From the NCBI GenBank assembly GCA_947173955.1, contig CAMWHE010000004.1, forward strand, positions 6,513 to 70,512: a stretch of DNA of 64,000 nt, read 5' to 3'. A program made the position numbers and the translations under genes. Below the pieces are notes generated by a model, which made no database searches, was not told the DNA's origin, and was given only the letters and a program-made list of their open reading frames with translations. Below are positions 18,576 through 28,810 of this stretch, piece after piece. The DNA is from an uncultured Bacteroidales bacterium (lineage in GTDB: Bacteria; Bacteroidota; Bacteroidia; Bacteroidales; Muribaculaceae). Each line of letters begins with the position of its first letter. Position 1 is the first letter of the stretch.

Positions 18576-19097
18576 ATGGCTAAAACCGTGTTCTCATACA
18601 TATTGTTGTTTGTCGTTCTTGTAGCGGCACAGGCGGTTGTATTCAATCAAATCTGTCTGTTTGGTGTCGCAGTTCCTCTGGTCTTCATCTTCTTCATCCT
18701 TCGCCTGCCGGTCAACACCGGACCTAACACGCTTCTTACTCTCGGATTCATCCTCGGCCTTACCGTTGACGTCTTCAGCGATACTCCGGGCATGAACGCG
18801 CTCTGCTGTACCGTTCTCGCCGGCCTGCGGAATCCGATCCTACATCTTTACCTTCCACGCGAAGATAACATCTCCAACCCGATACCTTCAATGAAGTCGC
18901 TGACCGGAAGCGTCTATCTCAAGTATGTGATAACAGCCATCACGCTCTACTGCGCTCTCTATTTCATCCTTGAGTCATTCACATTCTTTGCCCTTCGGAT
19001 GCTGATCTTGCGCATCGCGGCAAGTACACTCCTTACCTTTATCATTATCATCTGCATCGACAGCCTAACATCCCTGAAAAGTGAGAAAAGACTATAA
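18576..19097 (+). CDS. mreD: Rod shape-determining protein MreD
   Basis: Small polytopic membrane protein lying between mreC and mrdA. Confidence 0.75.
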   Translation: MAKTVFSYILLFVVLVAAQAVVFNQICLFGVAVPLVFIFFILRLPVNTGPNTLLTLGFILGLTVDVFSDTPGMNALCCTVLAGLRNPILHLYLPREDNISNPIPSMKSLTGSVYLKYVITAITLYCALYFILESFTFFALRMLILRIAASTLLTFIIIICIDSLTSLKSEKRL

Positions 19098-20937
19098 ACT
19101 CGAAAAACGCAAATATGTCATCGCGGCATTCCTTATCATAATCGCCACAATCTACGCTTTCCGACTATACAACCTGCAGATTCGCGATACAAGATATAAG
19201 GACTTCGCCGATAACAACGCTTTCTTCAAGAAGACCATCTACCCCTCGCGCGGACTCATATTCGACCGCAACGGTGAGCTGATTGTCTTCAATGAGCCTG
19301 CTTACGACGTTATGATGATACCGCGCGACGTGGAGCCTTTCGACACCCTCGACTTCTGCAACACCGTCTCCCTCACACGCGAGCAATTTGACAAGCGACT
19401 GGACGATATGCGCCATGCCCCCGGATATTCGACCTACACGCCTCAGGTTCTGCTGACTCATCTGTCGGTAGAAGACTACGGACGTCTGCAGGAAAAGCTA
19501 TACCGCTTCCCCGGCTTCTTCATCCAGAAAAGGATTCTCAGGCAATACAATCACCTCACAGCCGCCAATGTACTGGGCAACATCAGGGAAGTGTCGCCGG
19601 CCGACATCGAGCGCGACCCATATTACTCTCCCGGCGACTATTGCGGCGACCTGGGCGTAGAGAAAAGCTACAACGATGCCCTGCGCGGACAAAAGGGTTT
19701 TGAGATTCTCGTACGCGACGCTCACGGCCGCATCCAGGGTCGCTATGAGGATGGAGCCCGTGACATACCCGCTATCTCCGGCCGTAATTTGACTCTCAGC
19801 CTCGACTATCGCCTGCAGGAATATGCCGAGAGCTTGATGGTCAACAAGATCGGTGCTGTTGTAGCAATCCAGCCGAAGACCGGCGAAATACTGGCGATGG
19901 TCTCCAGCCCCACCTACGATCCATCAAAACTGTCAGGCCGCCAGCGAGGTGCCAACTACCGTGAACTCGTCAATGACAAATTCAAGCCACTGTTTGACCG
20001 CTCGCTGATGGGTGTCTATCCTCCCGGATCGACATTTAAGCCCGGTCAGGGACTGATTCTTCTGCAGGAAGGTATAGTCAACCTGTCAACTGCCTATCCC
20101 TGCTATCACGGATTTGTCTCAGGCGGTCTGAAAGTAGGCTGTCATGGCCACGGATCCCCCATTCCGCTGAAGCCGGCTCTGCAGACCTCATGCAACGCCT
20201 ATTTCTGCTGGGGATTCAAGAGCCTTGTCGACAACCATCGATCAAAATACGGTTCTGCGGCTGAAGCCTTCGAGACCTGGAAGCGACATCTGGTGTCGAT
20301 GGGCTACGGCTACCCCCTCGGGACCGACCTCCCGAGCGAAGGACGCGGATTCCTGCCTAACGCGGAGTTTTACAATAAGATCTATGGCAAGAACCGCTGG
20401 AGCGCCAATACAATAATATCCGTATCCATCGGTCAGGGTGAGATCCTTGCCACACCGCTACAGATAGCCAACGTAGCCGCCACGATAGCCAACCGCGGAT
20501 GGTTTATCACGCCTCATGCAGTCAAAGAGATTCAGGATTCGACCATTGCCGAGAAATACACTACGCGCACTTATCCGACAGTCGATTCAAAGTGGTATCC
20601 TGAGATTGCGGAAGGTATGCGCATGGCTGTGCTCGGAGGCACATGCCGCCTGGCCAATCTCCCCGACATAGCTGTCGCAGGCAAAACAGGTACGGCTCAG
20701 AACCCCCACGGCCGCGACCACTCCGCATTCATCGGCTTCGCTCCTTATGACGATCCCGAAATAGCTGTCTGCGTGTATGTCGAGAACGCCGGTTTCGGCG
20801 CGGCATTCGGTGTGCCTATCGGAAGTCTCATTATTGAGAAATACCTTAAAGGCAAGATTTCGCCCGAACGGCAGTATATCGAAGACAATATGTTGAATTC
20901 CAATACCATAATATACAGTGGAGTTAAGAAGCACTAA
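19081..20937 (+). CDS. mrdA: Penicillin-binding protein 2 (peptidoglycan D,D-transpeptidase)
   Basis: Has a PBP dimerisation domain plus the transpeptidase motifs STFKP, SCN and KTGTA. It has a GTG start and overlaps mreD. Confidence 0.9.
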   Translation: MRKDYKLEKRKYVIAAFLIIIATIYAFRLYNLQIRDTRYKDFADNNAFFKKTIYPSRGLIFDRNGELIVFNEPAYDVMMIPRDVEPFDTLDFCNTVSLTREQFDKRLDDMRHAPGYSTYTPQVLLTHLSVEDYGRLQEKLYRFPGFFIQKRILRQYNHLTAANVLGNIREVSPADIERDPYYSPGDYCGDLGVEKSYNDALRGQKGFEILVRDAHGRIQGRYEDGARDIPAISGRNLTLSLDYRLQEYAESLMVNKIGAVVAIQPKTGEILAMVSSPTYDPSKLSGRQRGANYRELVNDKFKPLFDRSLMGVYPPGSTFKPGQGLILLQEGIVNLSTAYPCYHGFVSGGLKVGCHGHGSPIPLKPALQTSCNAYFCWGFKSLVDNHRSKYGSAAEAFETWKRHLVSMGYGYPLGTDLPSEGRGFLPNAEFYNKIYGKNRWSANTIISVSIGQGEILATPLQIANVAATIANRGWFITPHAVKEIQDSTIAEKYTTRTYPTVDSKWYPEIAEGMRMAVLGGTCRLANLPDIAVAGKTGTAQNPHGRDHSAFIGFAPYDDPEIAVCVYVENAGFGAAFGVPIGSLIIEKYLKGKISPERQYIEDNMLNSNTIIYSGVKKH

Positions 20938-22387
20938 TATCCGCCATCAGTCGCCTTTCAAGGATCTCGACTGGTTTACGGTCGTTCTCTATCTGCTCCT
21001 CGTCATCGGAGGAGTCATCAGCATCTATGCGGCCAGCTACAACTTTGACAAAGCCAGCATATTTGATTTCAGCGAGTTCTCCGGCAAACAGATCTACTGG
21101 ATAGGGCTGTCGCTCGTACTCGGCTTTATGATTCTGCTTATAGAAGAGCGCCTGTATGAGACCTACGCCTACCCTATCTATATCGCTATCCTTATTCTCC
21201 TCTTAGTGACAATATTCATTGCTCCGAACAGAAAAGGATCCCATTCCTGGCTCGTATTTGGCCCGGTGAGTCTTCAGCCGGCGGAATTTGCAAAATTCGC
21301 TACTGCGCTTGCTCTCGCCAAGCTATTCGGCGGCTACAACTTCAACCTTAATGCCAAAGCCTCCAACTATCTGAAAGCCCTGTGCATCATATTCCTTCCG
21401 ATCGTGCTGATTTTGGCGCAGCATGAGACCGGCTCGGCTCTCGTCTATCTCGGTCTGCTTTTCGTCCTCTATCGCGAAGGCATGTCCGGCCTCGTCCTCC
21501 TCGCAATGACAATGGCGGTTGCAATCTTCGTAGTCACGATCAAATACACCGAACATACTACGCTCAGTATCCCCGACGGAGAGTTTGTCGTCTATATCAT
21601 CCTGATGGTCGCTATGATATCGATGCTCATCTTTTACAGCAAGACGCTGACAGTCGCACGAAATATTCTTGTCGGATTTATATCGGCTTCAATCCTTATA
21701 TGGATGCTCGGTTGCCTCGGAATCCATGTCAACGGAACATATTTTTTCATGACGCTGATCGGAGCTGCTACGGTATACATACTGATCGAGCTGATGCATA
21801 CCCGCATAATGCGTCTGGCCGCGATCATTGCGATGACTGTGATGACTATCGGGTTCATGTATTCTGTCAACTATGTGTTTTCAAGTGTCCTCCAGCCTCA
21901 TCAGCAGCAGCGTATCAAGGTGTCGCTCGGCATCGAGAACGATCCGCTACGAGCCGGCTATAATGTCAATCAGTCAAAGATCGCCATAGGCTCAGGCGGA
22001 CTGACGGGCAAAGGATTCCTCATGGGAACGCAGACCAAACTTAAATACGTCCCGGAGCAACATACTGACTTCATTTTCTGCACGATAGGCGAAGAAGAGG
22101 GCTTCATCGGCACAACGGCCACTATGCTCCTTTTTGTCATACTGATTCTAAGGATAATCCACATTGCCGAGCGGCAACCTACCACTTTCGGCCGGGTATA
22201 TGCATACTGTGTCGCAAGCTACCTGATAGTCCATTTCTGCATCAACATCGGAATGGTCATCGGCCTATGCCCTGTCATAGGCATTCCTCTCCCTTTCTTT
22301 AGTTATGGAGGCTCATCGCTATGGGGATTCACATTCCTCATCTTCATCCTCCTCCGCATCGACGCCTCCCGTCGACTCCACCATTGA
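20918..22387 (+). CDS. rodA: Rod shape-determining protein RodA (SEDS family)
   Basis: FtsW/RodA/SpoVE signature, including EQHTDFIF...IGEE.G and PLPFFSYGGSS. It has a GTG start and overlaps the mrdA end. The exact start is uncertain. Confidence 0.88.
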   Translation: MELRSTNIRHQSPFKDLDWFTVVLYLLLVIGGVISIYAASYNFDKASIFDFSEFSGKQIYWIGLSLVLGFMILLIEERLYETYAYPIYIAILILLLVTIFIAPNRKGSHSWLVFGPVSLQPAEFAKFATALALAKLFGGYNFNLNAKASNYLKALCIIFLPIVLILAQHETGSALVYLGLLFVLYREGMSGLVLLAMTMAVAIFVVTIKYTEHTTLSIPDGEFVVYIILMVAMISMLIFYSKTLTVARNILVGFISASILIWMLGCLGIHVNGTYFFMTLIGAATVYILIELMHTRIMRLAAIIAMTVMTIGFMYSVNYVFSSVLQPHQQQRIKVSLGIENDPLRAGYNVNQSKIAIGSGGLTGKGFLMGTQTKLKYVPEQHTDFIFCTIGEEEGFIGTTATMLLFVILILRIIHIAERQPTTFGRVYAYCVASYLIVHFCINIGMVIGLCPVIGIPLPFFSYGGSSLWGFTFLIFILLRIDASRRLHH

Positions 22388-22440
22388 TCTATTTTATCTA
22401 TTTTTAGACTGATTCGTCCAATTCGACTTATTGAATGAAC

Positions 22441-22476
22441 GAAAAGAGATCGCATCATACGACGCAATCTCTTTTC
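22441..22476. terminator. Bidirectional terminator between rodA (+) and prs (-)
   Basis: GAAAAGAGAT...ATCTCTTTTC forms a 10-bp stem plus 2 further pairs. The A/T-rich arms give U-tracts in both directions. Confidence 0.6.
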
Positions 22477-22499
22477 TATATTACTCAGGTCAATTGATC

Positions 22500-23435
22500 T
22501 TACTTAATCAGATACTGTGAAGAGATGGACTGATTTTCGTGTACACGACGGATAGTGTCGGCGAAAAGCCGGGCGACGCTGATGATTGTAGCTTTCTTGC
22601 AATCCTTGCTGAAGGGGATTGAATTGGTGAAAATCATCTCAGTGAGACCACAGCTGTCGACACGCTCCGAAGCGGGATCGCTCATAATGGCGTGAGATGC
22701 AAGGGCTCGTACTGACTTGGCACCCTCTGCAAGCATAAGGTCCGCGGCTTTGGTGATTGTGCCGGCTGTATCAACCATGTCATCGACGAGAATTACGTTC
22801 TTATCCTTGACATCGCCGATAACGGTCATTGTGGCAACGACATTGGCCTTGGCACGCTGCTTGTGGCAGAGCACAAGGGGCACGTTGAGATATTTTGCGT
22901 AGTTGTTGGCTCGCTTGGCACCACCGACATCGGGAGTTGCGATGACCATATTATCGAGATTGAGCGACTGGATATAGGGTATGAACACCGAAGAAGCATA
23001 GAGGTGATCTACAGGAACGTCGAAGAAGCCCTGTATCTGGTCGGCGTGGAGATCCATGGTGATGACGCGGTTGACACCGGCGGCTGTCAGCAGATCGGCA
23101 ACAAGCTTGGCTGCGATAGATACGCGTGGCTTATCCTTGCGGTCCTGACGAGCCCAGCCGAAGTAGGGCATCACGGCGATAATGGAGTGAGCGGATGCAC
23201 GCTTTGCGGCGTCGATCATCAGAAGGAGCTCCATAAGATTGTCGCTGTTAGGGAATGTCGACTGCACGATATAGACTTCACATCCGCGAATCGATTCTTC
23301 AAACGAAACTTCAAACTCGCCATCGGCGAAGTGCTGAATGTTCATGTTTCCCAGGGGCACGCCCAGGTCTTTACAGATTTCTTCAGCCATATAGCGGGAA
23401 CGTGTTCCGGAAAAAATTTTGAACGGTGGTAACAT
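22500..23435 (-). CDS. prs: Ribose-phosphate pyrophosphokinase
   Basis: Contains the PRPP-binding loop VILVDDMVDTAGT and YFGWARQDRK. I chose the internal ATG (MLPPFKIFSG), since the longer N-terminal extension looks non-coding. Confidence 0.92.
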   Translation of the reverse strand: MLPPFKIFSGTRSRYMAEEICKDLGVPLGNMNIQHFADGEFEVSFEESIRGCEVYIVQSTFPNSDNLMELLLMIDAAKRASAHSIIAVMPYFGWARQDRKDKPRVSIAAKLVADLLTAAGVNRVITMDLHADQIQGFFDVPVDHLYASSVFIPYIQSLNLDNMVIATPDVGGAKRANNYAKYLNVPLVLCHKQRAKANVVATMTVIGDVKDKNVILVDDMVDTAGTITKAADLMLAEGAKSVRALASHAIMSDPASERVDSCGLTEMIFTNSIPFSKDCKKATIISVARLFADTIRRVHENQSISSQYLIK

Positions 23436-23509
23436 AATGTGTATGACTCTATATATAGTATAACTATTCTGATTGCAAAGGTAAGCATTTATTGCCAATC
23501 GGACGCATA

Positions 23510-25228
23510 CTATTCACTCTTTTTTTCCGCAGCTTTCGAAGCTGCCAGGGGGAGCTTCCAGATGACAGCCCCATGGGGAGCTACCTGAGTGGCGAATTTG
23601 CGGTCGCGGTCAAGTACTTTCTTCGCCTTCCGTCCGCTCAGCAGCTCGGTCATCTCAAAAGTACCTTCAGGCAGACCGAGCAGGTCAAACGCATGGGAAG
23701 GGATATTGATCTCCATATCTGCCTCCTGCTCGGAGAAATTCACGGCCATCAGCAGGAGGGAATCTCCGGGCATCATGCGCATGAACACATAATGGCGATG
23801 CGGGTCGAGGCCGGGATTGTCATAATTGACATACATCAGATCGAAGAAGCGGCCTTCACGGATTGCCGGTTCGGAATTGCAGAGCGACAGCACGCGGGAA
23901 TAGGTGTCGCGCAGAGCCCGCTCCTGAGCGGTAAGCTTCGCCGTATTCCATCGGCCGTCGTTGTTCCACCGGCGGAGGGTGTCAAGACTCCAGTAATCAA
24001 AGATGGTGGTACGCCCGTCAAGCCCGCTGTACCCCTCGGCATCGGCGGCTTGCTCGCCAATCTCCTGACCCATATAGATCATCATCGGGCCGGTACCGAT
24101 CATCGAGCTGACGACAAGCGACGGAAGCACTCTGCGAGGATCGCCCGCATACTGCTCGGAGCCGAAGCGCTGCTCATCGTGATTTTCGAGGAAATTGAGC
24201 ATATGGCGGTCGAGTCCGTCGACTGTCTGCCAGCAATTTGTGATCGTAGCCGCGGAGTGGTTGTGGCACTCTACAGCGCGGAGCGTATCGTAAAGATTTA
24301 TCTTGTCATAGAGATAGTCGAATCCTCCGCGGCAGATGTAGTCGCGATAAAGTCCGACATCATATAGCTCGGCGATAAATTCAACGCCGGGATAGCTGCT
24401 CTTGACGTTAGAAATAGCCCACTGCCAGAATTCCACCGGCACCATATGAGCCATATCGCAACGGAATGCATCGACACCTTTGGCCGCCCAGTAGCGCAGG
24501 ATGTGGAGCATCTTCAGCCATGTCGGCGGTATGGGATCGAAATGGCGGCTGCCGTTGGCCGGATCGACACCATAGTTGAGTTTGACAGTCTCATACCAGT
24601 CATATTTACCGGGGAAGGCTGTAAAGCAGTCGTTACCCGAGGCTTTGGCCGGGAACTCTACATAGGCTTCATCGCCCGCTCCAAGGTCGACCTCAACTGG
24701 AGCAAACTGCTGGCGGGTGATGTAATAAAAGTTGTTGGCAGGTGAGAAAAACATATCGGGATTATCGCCATACCCGAGATCCTGTATTCCCTCGGGAGCC
24801 TTGTCGCTGTGATAGCGGCGCGCAACATGGTTGGGGACAAAGTCTATGATGACTTTCATCCCGGCCTTGTGTGTACGCTCTACCAGAGCCTCAAACTCCT
24901 CTATGCGTCGATCTACATCCTCCGCTATATCAGGGTCGATATCGTAATAGTCGCTGATAGCGTAAGGTGAGCCGGCCTCACCTTTGACGATGTGCCGGTT
25001 GTCTCTTTCAATGCCATAGGCCGAATAGTCAGGACAATGGGCGTGCTCGATGACTCCGGTGTACCACACATGGGTCACGCCAAGCTCTCGGATAGCTTCA
25101 AGTGCCCGCGGTGTGATGTCGTTCATCTTGCCGGAGCCGTTCTCTTCTATAGTACCGCCGGGGCGGTTGGTGGCATTGGGGTTGCTCCATAAACGGGGGA
25201 GCATCTGATATATGACAGGTTTGGTCAT
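23510..25228 (-). CDS. Alpha-amylase family (GH13) glycoside hydrolase
   Basis: Conserved GH13 regions are present: DFVPNHV, GVDAFRCDMAHMV, EFIAE, and FLENHDEQR. Confidence 0.85.
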   Translation of the reverse strand: MTKPVIYQMLPRLWSNPNATNRPGGTIEENGSGKMNDITPRALEAIRELGVTHVWYTGVIEHAHCPDYSAYGIERDNRHIVKGEAGSPYAISDYYDIDPDIAEDVDRRIEEFEALVERTHKAGMKVIIDFVPNHVARRYHSDKAPEGIQDLGYGDNPDMFFSPANNFYYITRQQFAPVEVDLGAGDEAYVEFPAKASGNDCFTAFPGKYDWYETVKLNYGVDPANGSRHFDPIPPTWLKMLHILRYWAAKGVDAFRCDMAHMVPVEFWQWAISNVKSSYPGVEFIAELYDVGLYRDYICRGGFDYLYDKINLYDTLRAVECHNHSAATITNCWQTVDGLDRHMLNFLENHDEQRFGSEQYAGDPRRVLPSLVVSSMIGTGPMMIYMGQEIGEQAADAEGYSGLDGRTTIFDYWSLDTLRRWNNDGRWNTAKLTAQERALRDTYSRVLSLCNSEPAIREGRFFDLMYVNYDNPGLDPHRHYVFMRMMPGDSLLLMAVNFSEQEADMEINIPSHAFDLLGLPEGTFEMTELLSGRKAKKVLDRDRKFATQVAPHGAVIWKLPLAASKAAEKKSE

Positions 25229-26022
25229 TTTCTATTCTTAAGCAGGTTGATATCGATCTTCTTCAGCGCTGAGCGCATCTGAATGTAGCCGTCAAGGAAT
25301 ACGGTATTGATTTTCTTTAGATTGAATACTTTGTAATGAGCCAGTTCGGACATCTCGACCTGAAGGTCACAGAGCTTTATATCCTCGGCCTGCTGTCCTT
25401 TTGACATCAGCACGTAAGTGCGCATAGCAATATCTATCAGCGAGTTGCCGGGACGTTCGGTTTTCATGGGACTGCAGTTGAGGCCGATGAGGAAGTCGCA
25501 TTTGTCGCGCAGGATCCATGAGGGTAGATTATGGAGGACACCACCGTCTACATATTTCACACCGTTCATTTCCACCGGATGAAATATTATCGGCATACTG
25601 CACGAAGCCTGCATTATGTCGCCGATCGGACCTTCGTGAAACTCGACAGCGCAACCGTTGTCGATATCGGTCACTCCGATATAGGTCGGGATCTTCAGAT
25701 CCTCAAGCCGCTCGATGCCGTTGAGTTGCTTAAGGACATGCTGCTTGAAACGGTTGATACGGAAGAGGTCGCCTCCGCGCACACTCAAGCGGGCAAAGTC
25801 GCCAAACTTCCCTTCGCTGAACACTCGGATCATATCGTCCGGCCGTACTCCGGCGGAATACATTACGGCCACGACCGATCCGGCACTCACTCCGGCGATG
25901 ACATCGGGCCTCAGTCCCGCCTCCTCAAGAGCCTTGAGTGCGCCGGCATGCGCGAAGCCACGGGCTCCGCCTCCCGACAGGGCCACTCCAATACGATAGG
26001 GTTTGTTGCTTTCAGTCGCCAT
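25225..26022 (-). CDS. Patatin-like phospholipase family protein
   Basis: Contains the GGGARG oxyanion motif and the GVSAGS nucleophile elbow, with a DGG near the C-terminus. Confidence 0.88.
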   Translation of the reverse strand: MATESNKPYRIGVALSGGGARGFAHAGALKALEEAGLRPDVIAGVSAGSVVAVMYSAGVRPDDMIRVFSEGKFGDFARLSVRGGDLFRINRFKQHVLKQLNGIERLEDLKIPTYIGVTDIDNGCAVEFHEGPIGDIMQASCSMPIIFHPVEMNGVKYVDGGVLHNLPSWILRDKCDFLIGLNCSPMKTERPGNSLIDIAMRTYVLMSKGQQAEDIKLCDLQVEMSELAHYKVFNLKKINTVFLDGYIQMRSALKKIDINLLKNRK

Positions 26023-26025
26023 ATC

Positions 26026-26676
26026 TCAACTTTTCTTCTGAGCCTCGATGGAGGCTCTTACGGCCTCATCTATCTCTCTCAGCACATCCGGATCCATCGT
26101 CTTAGCCACGACATCCCTGGCATATTCCACCCGGGAGCGTGCCGCATCCGTGCGCAGATACTTAGGATCAAGTCCAAGACTGCCGAGACGCCATCGGTCG
26201 AGCGCATCCGCATCCTTGAAAATGGCATACAGAAGCTTTGCCTTCCGGCCTTCGGGGCTGTCAATGCCCCAGCGTTTTTCGATAGCCTTCACTCCGACGC
26301 TATCATCAAGATCATGATAGCGCATCATGTAAGCGGCACGCTCGTCAAAGTCAATATCTGCGTTATCAGCACAATATTGCGAGTAGTAGACCGCACCGCG
26401 CGCACCATGCCCCGTGTCGAGATACTCGTCAAGCCGTCTTGTATCATGAAATATTGCGGCATGGGCGAGCGCTTCTATCGCACGGGGATTGTCGGGCATA
26501 AGCTCATATCCCATCGACAGGGCATGGAGAAGTACACGCTCACAGTGAGCCATCGCGTGGATCCTGCTGTCGGGCATATTGAAGCGCACACGCTCGTAGA
26601 GATACGGCGCCCAGTGCAGAAACAGCTTTCTGACCGCTTCCGGCTGTGAATTAAGGATGTCGGCAGTTATTACCAT
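26026..26676 (-). CDS. HD domain-containing protein
   Basis: H...HD pattern: HAMAHCERV and AAIFHDTRR. Confidence 0.6.
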   Translation of the reverse strand: MVITADILNSQPEAVRKLFLHWAPYLYERVRFNMPDSRIHAMAHCERVLLHALSMGYELMPDNPRAIEALAHAAIFHDTRRLDEYLDTGHGARGAVYYSQYCADNADIDFDERAAYMMRYHDLDDSVGVKAIEKRWGIDSPEGRKAKLLYAIFKDADALDRWRLGSLGLDPKYLRTDAARSRVEYARDVVAKTMDPDVLREIDEAVRASIEAQKKS

Positions 26677-26682
26677 TTGTGG

Positions 26683-26719
26683 GGAATATAAAGGCGCGCC
26701 GGAAATATCAGCGCGCCTT
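26683..26719 (-). terminator. Terminator of the porin-like gene
   Basis: 9-bp GC-rich stem AAGGCGCGC / GCGCGCCTT, followed on the minus strand by TTATATTC. Confidence 0.6.
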
Positions 26720-26745
26720 ATATTAAATCATTATTTCATTGAAAA

Positions 26746-27324
26746 TCAGAACAGATAAGCGGCAGTAATTGTCCAGCAGCGGTTCTTGCCCTTGAAGAGG
26801 TGCTGCTCACTTGAACTTGCGCTCTTCAGTCCGAAGCCATATGTGGCACCGATCTGCACATGATTGACGAACTGTATGCCGGCACCTACTGTCCATGCGA
26901 CGTCAAACTTACGGTTGCTTACGGCATCCTTCATAGTCTTCTTTGAAACGAGGAACGAGAAGTCGGGACCCGTAGTGAGGAACGGAGCGACAAACTTGCC
27001 GATGATAGGCAGACCGATTTTATACTTGAAGTTGATAGGTATATCGATATAGCTGCGGTTGAACTTCTCATTGTCAAGCTCGATTGAGCGGTTGGCGTAG
27101 AGAACAGATGCGTCGAAGCCTACATTAATAATAGGTACGGTAAATTCAGCCATAAGACCGCCGGTAAAGCCGGCACGGTTGTCTGAATTGAATGTCTCTG
27201 TGTTCAGTTTGAGCGAGTTGACAGCAACACCGGCTTTGACACCCCATTTAAACTGAGCCTGAGCAGGCATGACGGCAGCCGTAGCGATCACAACGGCAGC
27301 GAGGACTTTTGTGAAAAATTTCAT
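26746..27324 (-). CDS. Outer membrane beta-barrel (porin family / OmpA-N-like) protein
   Basis: The N-terminus MKFFTKVLAAVVIATAAVMPAQAQ is a signal peptide. The body shows an alternating beta-strand pattern and ends in ...ITAAYLF. The start is taken at the internal ATG at 27324. Confidence 0.8.
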   Translation of the reverse strand: MKFFTKVLAAVVIATAAVMPAQAQFKWGVKAGVAVNSLKLNTETFNSDNRAGFTGGLMAEFTVPIINVGFDASVLYANRSIELDNEKFNRSYIDIPINFKYKIGLPIIGKFVAPFLTTGPDFSFLVSKKTMKDAVSNRKFDVAWTVGAGIQFVNHVQIGATYGFGLKSASSSEQHLFKGKNRCWTITAAYLF

Positions 27325-27468
27325 AACTGTTGGGTTTGGTTTGTTTTTGCAAAAATAACATTTTTTCCAAATACTAAACAAATTTTTCTCATTTCCTGTT
27401 CGCCATTTATAGTCTTTTCTTTCTCAAAATAGATTATCTTTGCATTTGAAATCCCATATAGCATCCTA

Positions 27469-27789
27469 ATGACTACTGAAAAGCGACTTGAACTGGAAGA
27501 GAAAGTTATCGCGATACTCCGCACGGTCTACGATCCGGAGGTGCCGGTCGACATCTATTCTCTCGGACTGATATATAAAATCGATATCGACGATGACGCA
27601 AACCTTACTGTCGACATGACCATGACGGCGCCCAACTGCCCGATGGCCGACTTCATAGTAGACGACGCGCGCTATAAGCTCGAATCGATCGAAGGTCTTA
27701 AAAGTGTCACCATCAATATCGTCTTTGAGCCTGTATGGACTCAGGACATGATGAGCGAGGAAGCCAAACTTGAACTCGGATTTCTTTAA
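27469..27789 (+). CDS. DUF59 / SufT-like Fe-S cluster assembly protein
   Basis: Contains VYDPEVPVDIYSLGLIY...TMTAPNCPMA, the typical DUF59 motif with its conserved Cys. Confidence 0.8.
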   Translation: MTTEKRLELEEKVIAILRTVYDPEVPVDIYSLGLIYKIDIDDDANLTVDMTMTAPNCPMADFIVDDARYKLESIEGLKSVTINIVFEPVWTQDMMSEEAKLELGFL

Positions 27790-28576
27790 CCATCCCTACC
27801 CCGCCGTAGCCGTGCGCAAAGCAGTCTATTTCATATCCGACCTCCATCTTGGGGCGACTTATCTCGACGATCCGCTGCAATATGAGCGCCGGGTAGTCAG
27901 ATGGTTGCGGTCGATCGAGGAGGATGCGGCCGAGCTATATCTGCTCGGCGACATCCTCGACTACTGGTATGAATACCGCACGGTAGTGCCCCGCGGCTAC
28001 ACACGATTTCTCGGTCAGCTCGGCATGATGGCCGACGCGGGGGTCAAAATCACATGGATAATCGGCAATCACGACATATGGATCAACGACTATCTGCCTG
28101 AGGAACTCGGCATAACGGTAGTCGACGGCACGATAATCAAAGAGATCCTCGGCAAGCGCTTTTTCCTTGCCCACGGAGACGCCCTCGGCAAGCTGCCGCG
28201 AGGATTCCGGTTTATCAGATGGATGTTCCGCAACAAATTCCTTCAGCACCTCTACTCGGCCGTACATCCCCGATGGACGGTGCCGTTCGCTCACCGCTGG
28301 TCAGCCCATTCGCGCAACTTTTCTGAGGAAATTCCACAATTTGCCGGTCCGGACAAAGAGCCTTTCGTAGCATTCTCAGAAGAGTATCAGCGCGACCACC
28401 CTGATCAGGCGATAGACTTCTTCGTCTTGGGACACAGGCACATACTGCTCGACTATCCCCTCACACACGGTGGCCGACTGATAGTGCTCGGCGACTGGAT
28501 CCATCATTTTTCCTACGGAAAATGGGACAGCAAAAATTTCATTTTGCAATGCTTCGATGACAAATTGAATCCGTAA
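27770..28576 (+). CDS. lpxH: UDP-2,3-diacylglucosamine diphosphatase
   Basis: Metallophosphoesterase motifs FISDLHLG, GDILD, GNHD and GHRH are present. The listed TTG start at 27770 overlaps the previous gene. An in-frame GTG at 27812 (MRKAVYFISDLHLG) is an equally plausible start. Confidence 0.85.
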   Translation: MNSDFFNHPYPAVAVRKAVYFISDLHLGATYLDDPLQYERRVVRWLRSIEEDAAELYLLGDILDYWYEYRTVVPRGYTRFLGQLGMMADAGVKITWIIGNHDIWINDYLPEELGITVVDGTIIKEILGKRFFLAHGDALGKLPRGFRFIRWMFRNKFLQHLYSAVHPRWTVPFAHRWSAHSRNFSEEIPQFAGPDKEPFVAFSEEYQRDHPDQAIDFFVLGHRHILLDYPLTHGGRLIVLGDWIHHFSYGKWDSKNFILQCFDDKLNP

Positions 28577-28810
28577 CTACTGATATTAACAATATTTCAC
28601 ATTTATCACTATCGCCCCACGAAAATTTTCATAATATTGATATATAGCATTTTAACCCACATACATAGATTAAAAACAGGTTGAGTGATTAAAAACTATG
28701 TTAGAAAACATGTTTTTTTATTTGGCAGCGTAAGAAAAAAGGGCAACCTTTGCATCACAAACCTATAACAATCTTTTTTACCTTAGAAATTGTACCTATT
28801 GGAAACCTAT

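Noticed and set aside
23436-23498. N-terminal extensions of listed ORFs (prs to 23498; also porin to 27381, 2808-ORF to 3737, lipoprotein from 1379, fmt from 4456, cassette ORF from 29356)
   Set aside because: In each case an internal ATG gives a canonical N-terminus (a signal peptide or a conserved start) and the extension reads as non-coding. Coordinates were trimmed accordingly.
23492-24367. 291-aa ORF on the plus strand
   Set aside because: It is antisense to the GH13 gene, whose four conserved regions are all present, and it has no recognisable motifs. It is a shadow ORF.
25531-26649. 372-aa ORF on the plus strand spanning two genes
   Set aside because: It runs antisense across both the patatin and HD-domain genes, which have clear catalytic motifs. 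It looks like an artefact of few stop codons in this frame.
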